64,000 nt of DNA from positions 97,203-161,202 of the forward strand of contig CDMY01000224.1 in assembly GCA_001179505.1 (NCBI GenBank), written 5' to 3'. How positions within the stretch are numbered: the first letter of the stretch is position 1; each line of letters begins with the position of its first letter. The notes under the pieces were generated by a model, which saw nothing but the letters and a program-made list of their open reading frames with translations, ran no database searches and was not told the origin of the DNA. The DNA comes from Vitrella brassicaformis CCMP3155 (lineage: Eukaryota; Protista; Chromerida). The position numbers and the translations under genes are program-made. Below, in pieces: positions 62,996-64,000 of this stretch.

Positions 62996-64000
62996 CTAAG
63001 TCTGGCGGAGCTTGGCGAGCAGGACATTGGTGAGCATTACCATGTTGTCAAAGGCGTTTGTCACCTCGCCGATCAGCTTGAGCACGTCATCTCTGACATC
63101 CCAGGCTTCGACCAGTTTGGCGCTCGTCTCATCCATGCCTTGCAGCATCGACAGCTCGTTGGCCAGGCAATTGCTGCTTGCTTCGAAACCATGGCGGCCA
63201 CTTGTGATGTGGAAAGTGCCCGCACGGACGCTGTGAGACATGCATCAATGGATATAGATATCAATGGTTCGCCTTTTGCTGTCCGTACGGCAAATACAGC
63301 TGCAGAGTTCCGTGCTCTCGAACTTTGTAGTCAGCTATTTTGTGGTTGTTGTCCATTGTGATGGATTGGTGGGTGAGGGTCTGCTTTTTGGCGGGGATGC
63401 CCTCCTTGTACTGCAGCTTCACTTCAACAGCCCACACCGCGTCGTCTCGCCCAACGTTGAGGCACACTGTGCCGTCTGACAGACAAGAGACGACAAACAG
63501 ACAGACAGACAGACAGAGAGACAGACACGCACATAATAAACAATCAGACAAAGAGATTGAGCAGTGCGGGTCTTCTGTTGTTGGGATTTTGGCATGTGTT
63601 TTACGAGTCATACCGCTCTACCTACTGTTTTGGCACACTTGAGCGTTGACTGACTTTGCTGCCTGTCTTCCTGCCTCTGCCTTCATGTAAGTGGGTCGCC
63701 AATAAGCCCAGCCAGCCTGCATGTCACCGTGGGTCGCCGATAGCCCAGTTCGCCAAGGCCACGTGCCTTTTCGTGTTCGCCTTCGTGTTTGCCTGCCTGC
63801 TTGTTTATGTCGGACCTCTCTGCCGCTCTTTTATCAACGCTCGTGATCTGTGGGACTCTGCTATCCACACAACAACTTCAACATGGGCGCAGCAAGAACT
63901 GGACTACAGCGATGACCGAGAGTCAGCTTCTCGCCGCTAGTCAACGCCTCTGCGAGGTCACTCTCGATGACGTCAAGCTCTCTGTGCCCGTCCTCGATGG
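62996..64000 (-). CDS. Ubiquitin-like domain fusion protein; 5' part probably extends beyond the window
   Basis: CLNVGRDDAVWAVEVKLQYKEGIPAKKQTLTHQSITMDNNHKIADYKVREHGTLQLYL aligns with ubiquitin ([49 protein letters not shown]). It splices to VRAGTFHITSGRHGF..KLRQT*. Confidence 0.7.

Overview
This is intron-rich eukaryotic genomic DNA with GC-rich exons and GT-AG introns full of (GT)n, (TCTG)n and (GGAT)n microsatellites. A nuclear Mg-chelatase D gene with a signal-plus-transit leader, alveolate-type CCCH and RCC1-BTB genes and the intron style point to a photosynthetic alveolate, most likely the chromerid Vitrella brassicaformis (inference). About 16 protein-coding loci were reconstructed by eye, mostly as divergent (-/+) pairs: CCCH zinc finger / CstF77; RCC1-BTB-BTB / ChlD; JmjC; RING-TRAF-MATH / ARM-TM-RING (lesioned); a tandemly duplicated orphan / ASF1-like; class I DAHP synthase / small secreted protein; kinesin-14 / kinesin-3; an MLO-like EF-hand membrane protein; and a ubiquitin-like fusion. 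The strongest leads are: (i) a canonical kinesin-14 head-to-head, about 61 nt apart, with an FHA kinesin-3 whose switch I and switch II motifs are degenerate, reminiscent of Kar3-Cik1/Vik1; (ii) an MLO-like protein with its own EF-hands; (iii) a 164-bp tandem array with tRNA-like A/B-box features. There are two 300-N gaps, and the perfect 612-bp palindrome beside the second is probably an assembly artefact. Exon boundaries and gene ends are manual and approximate.
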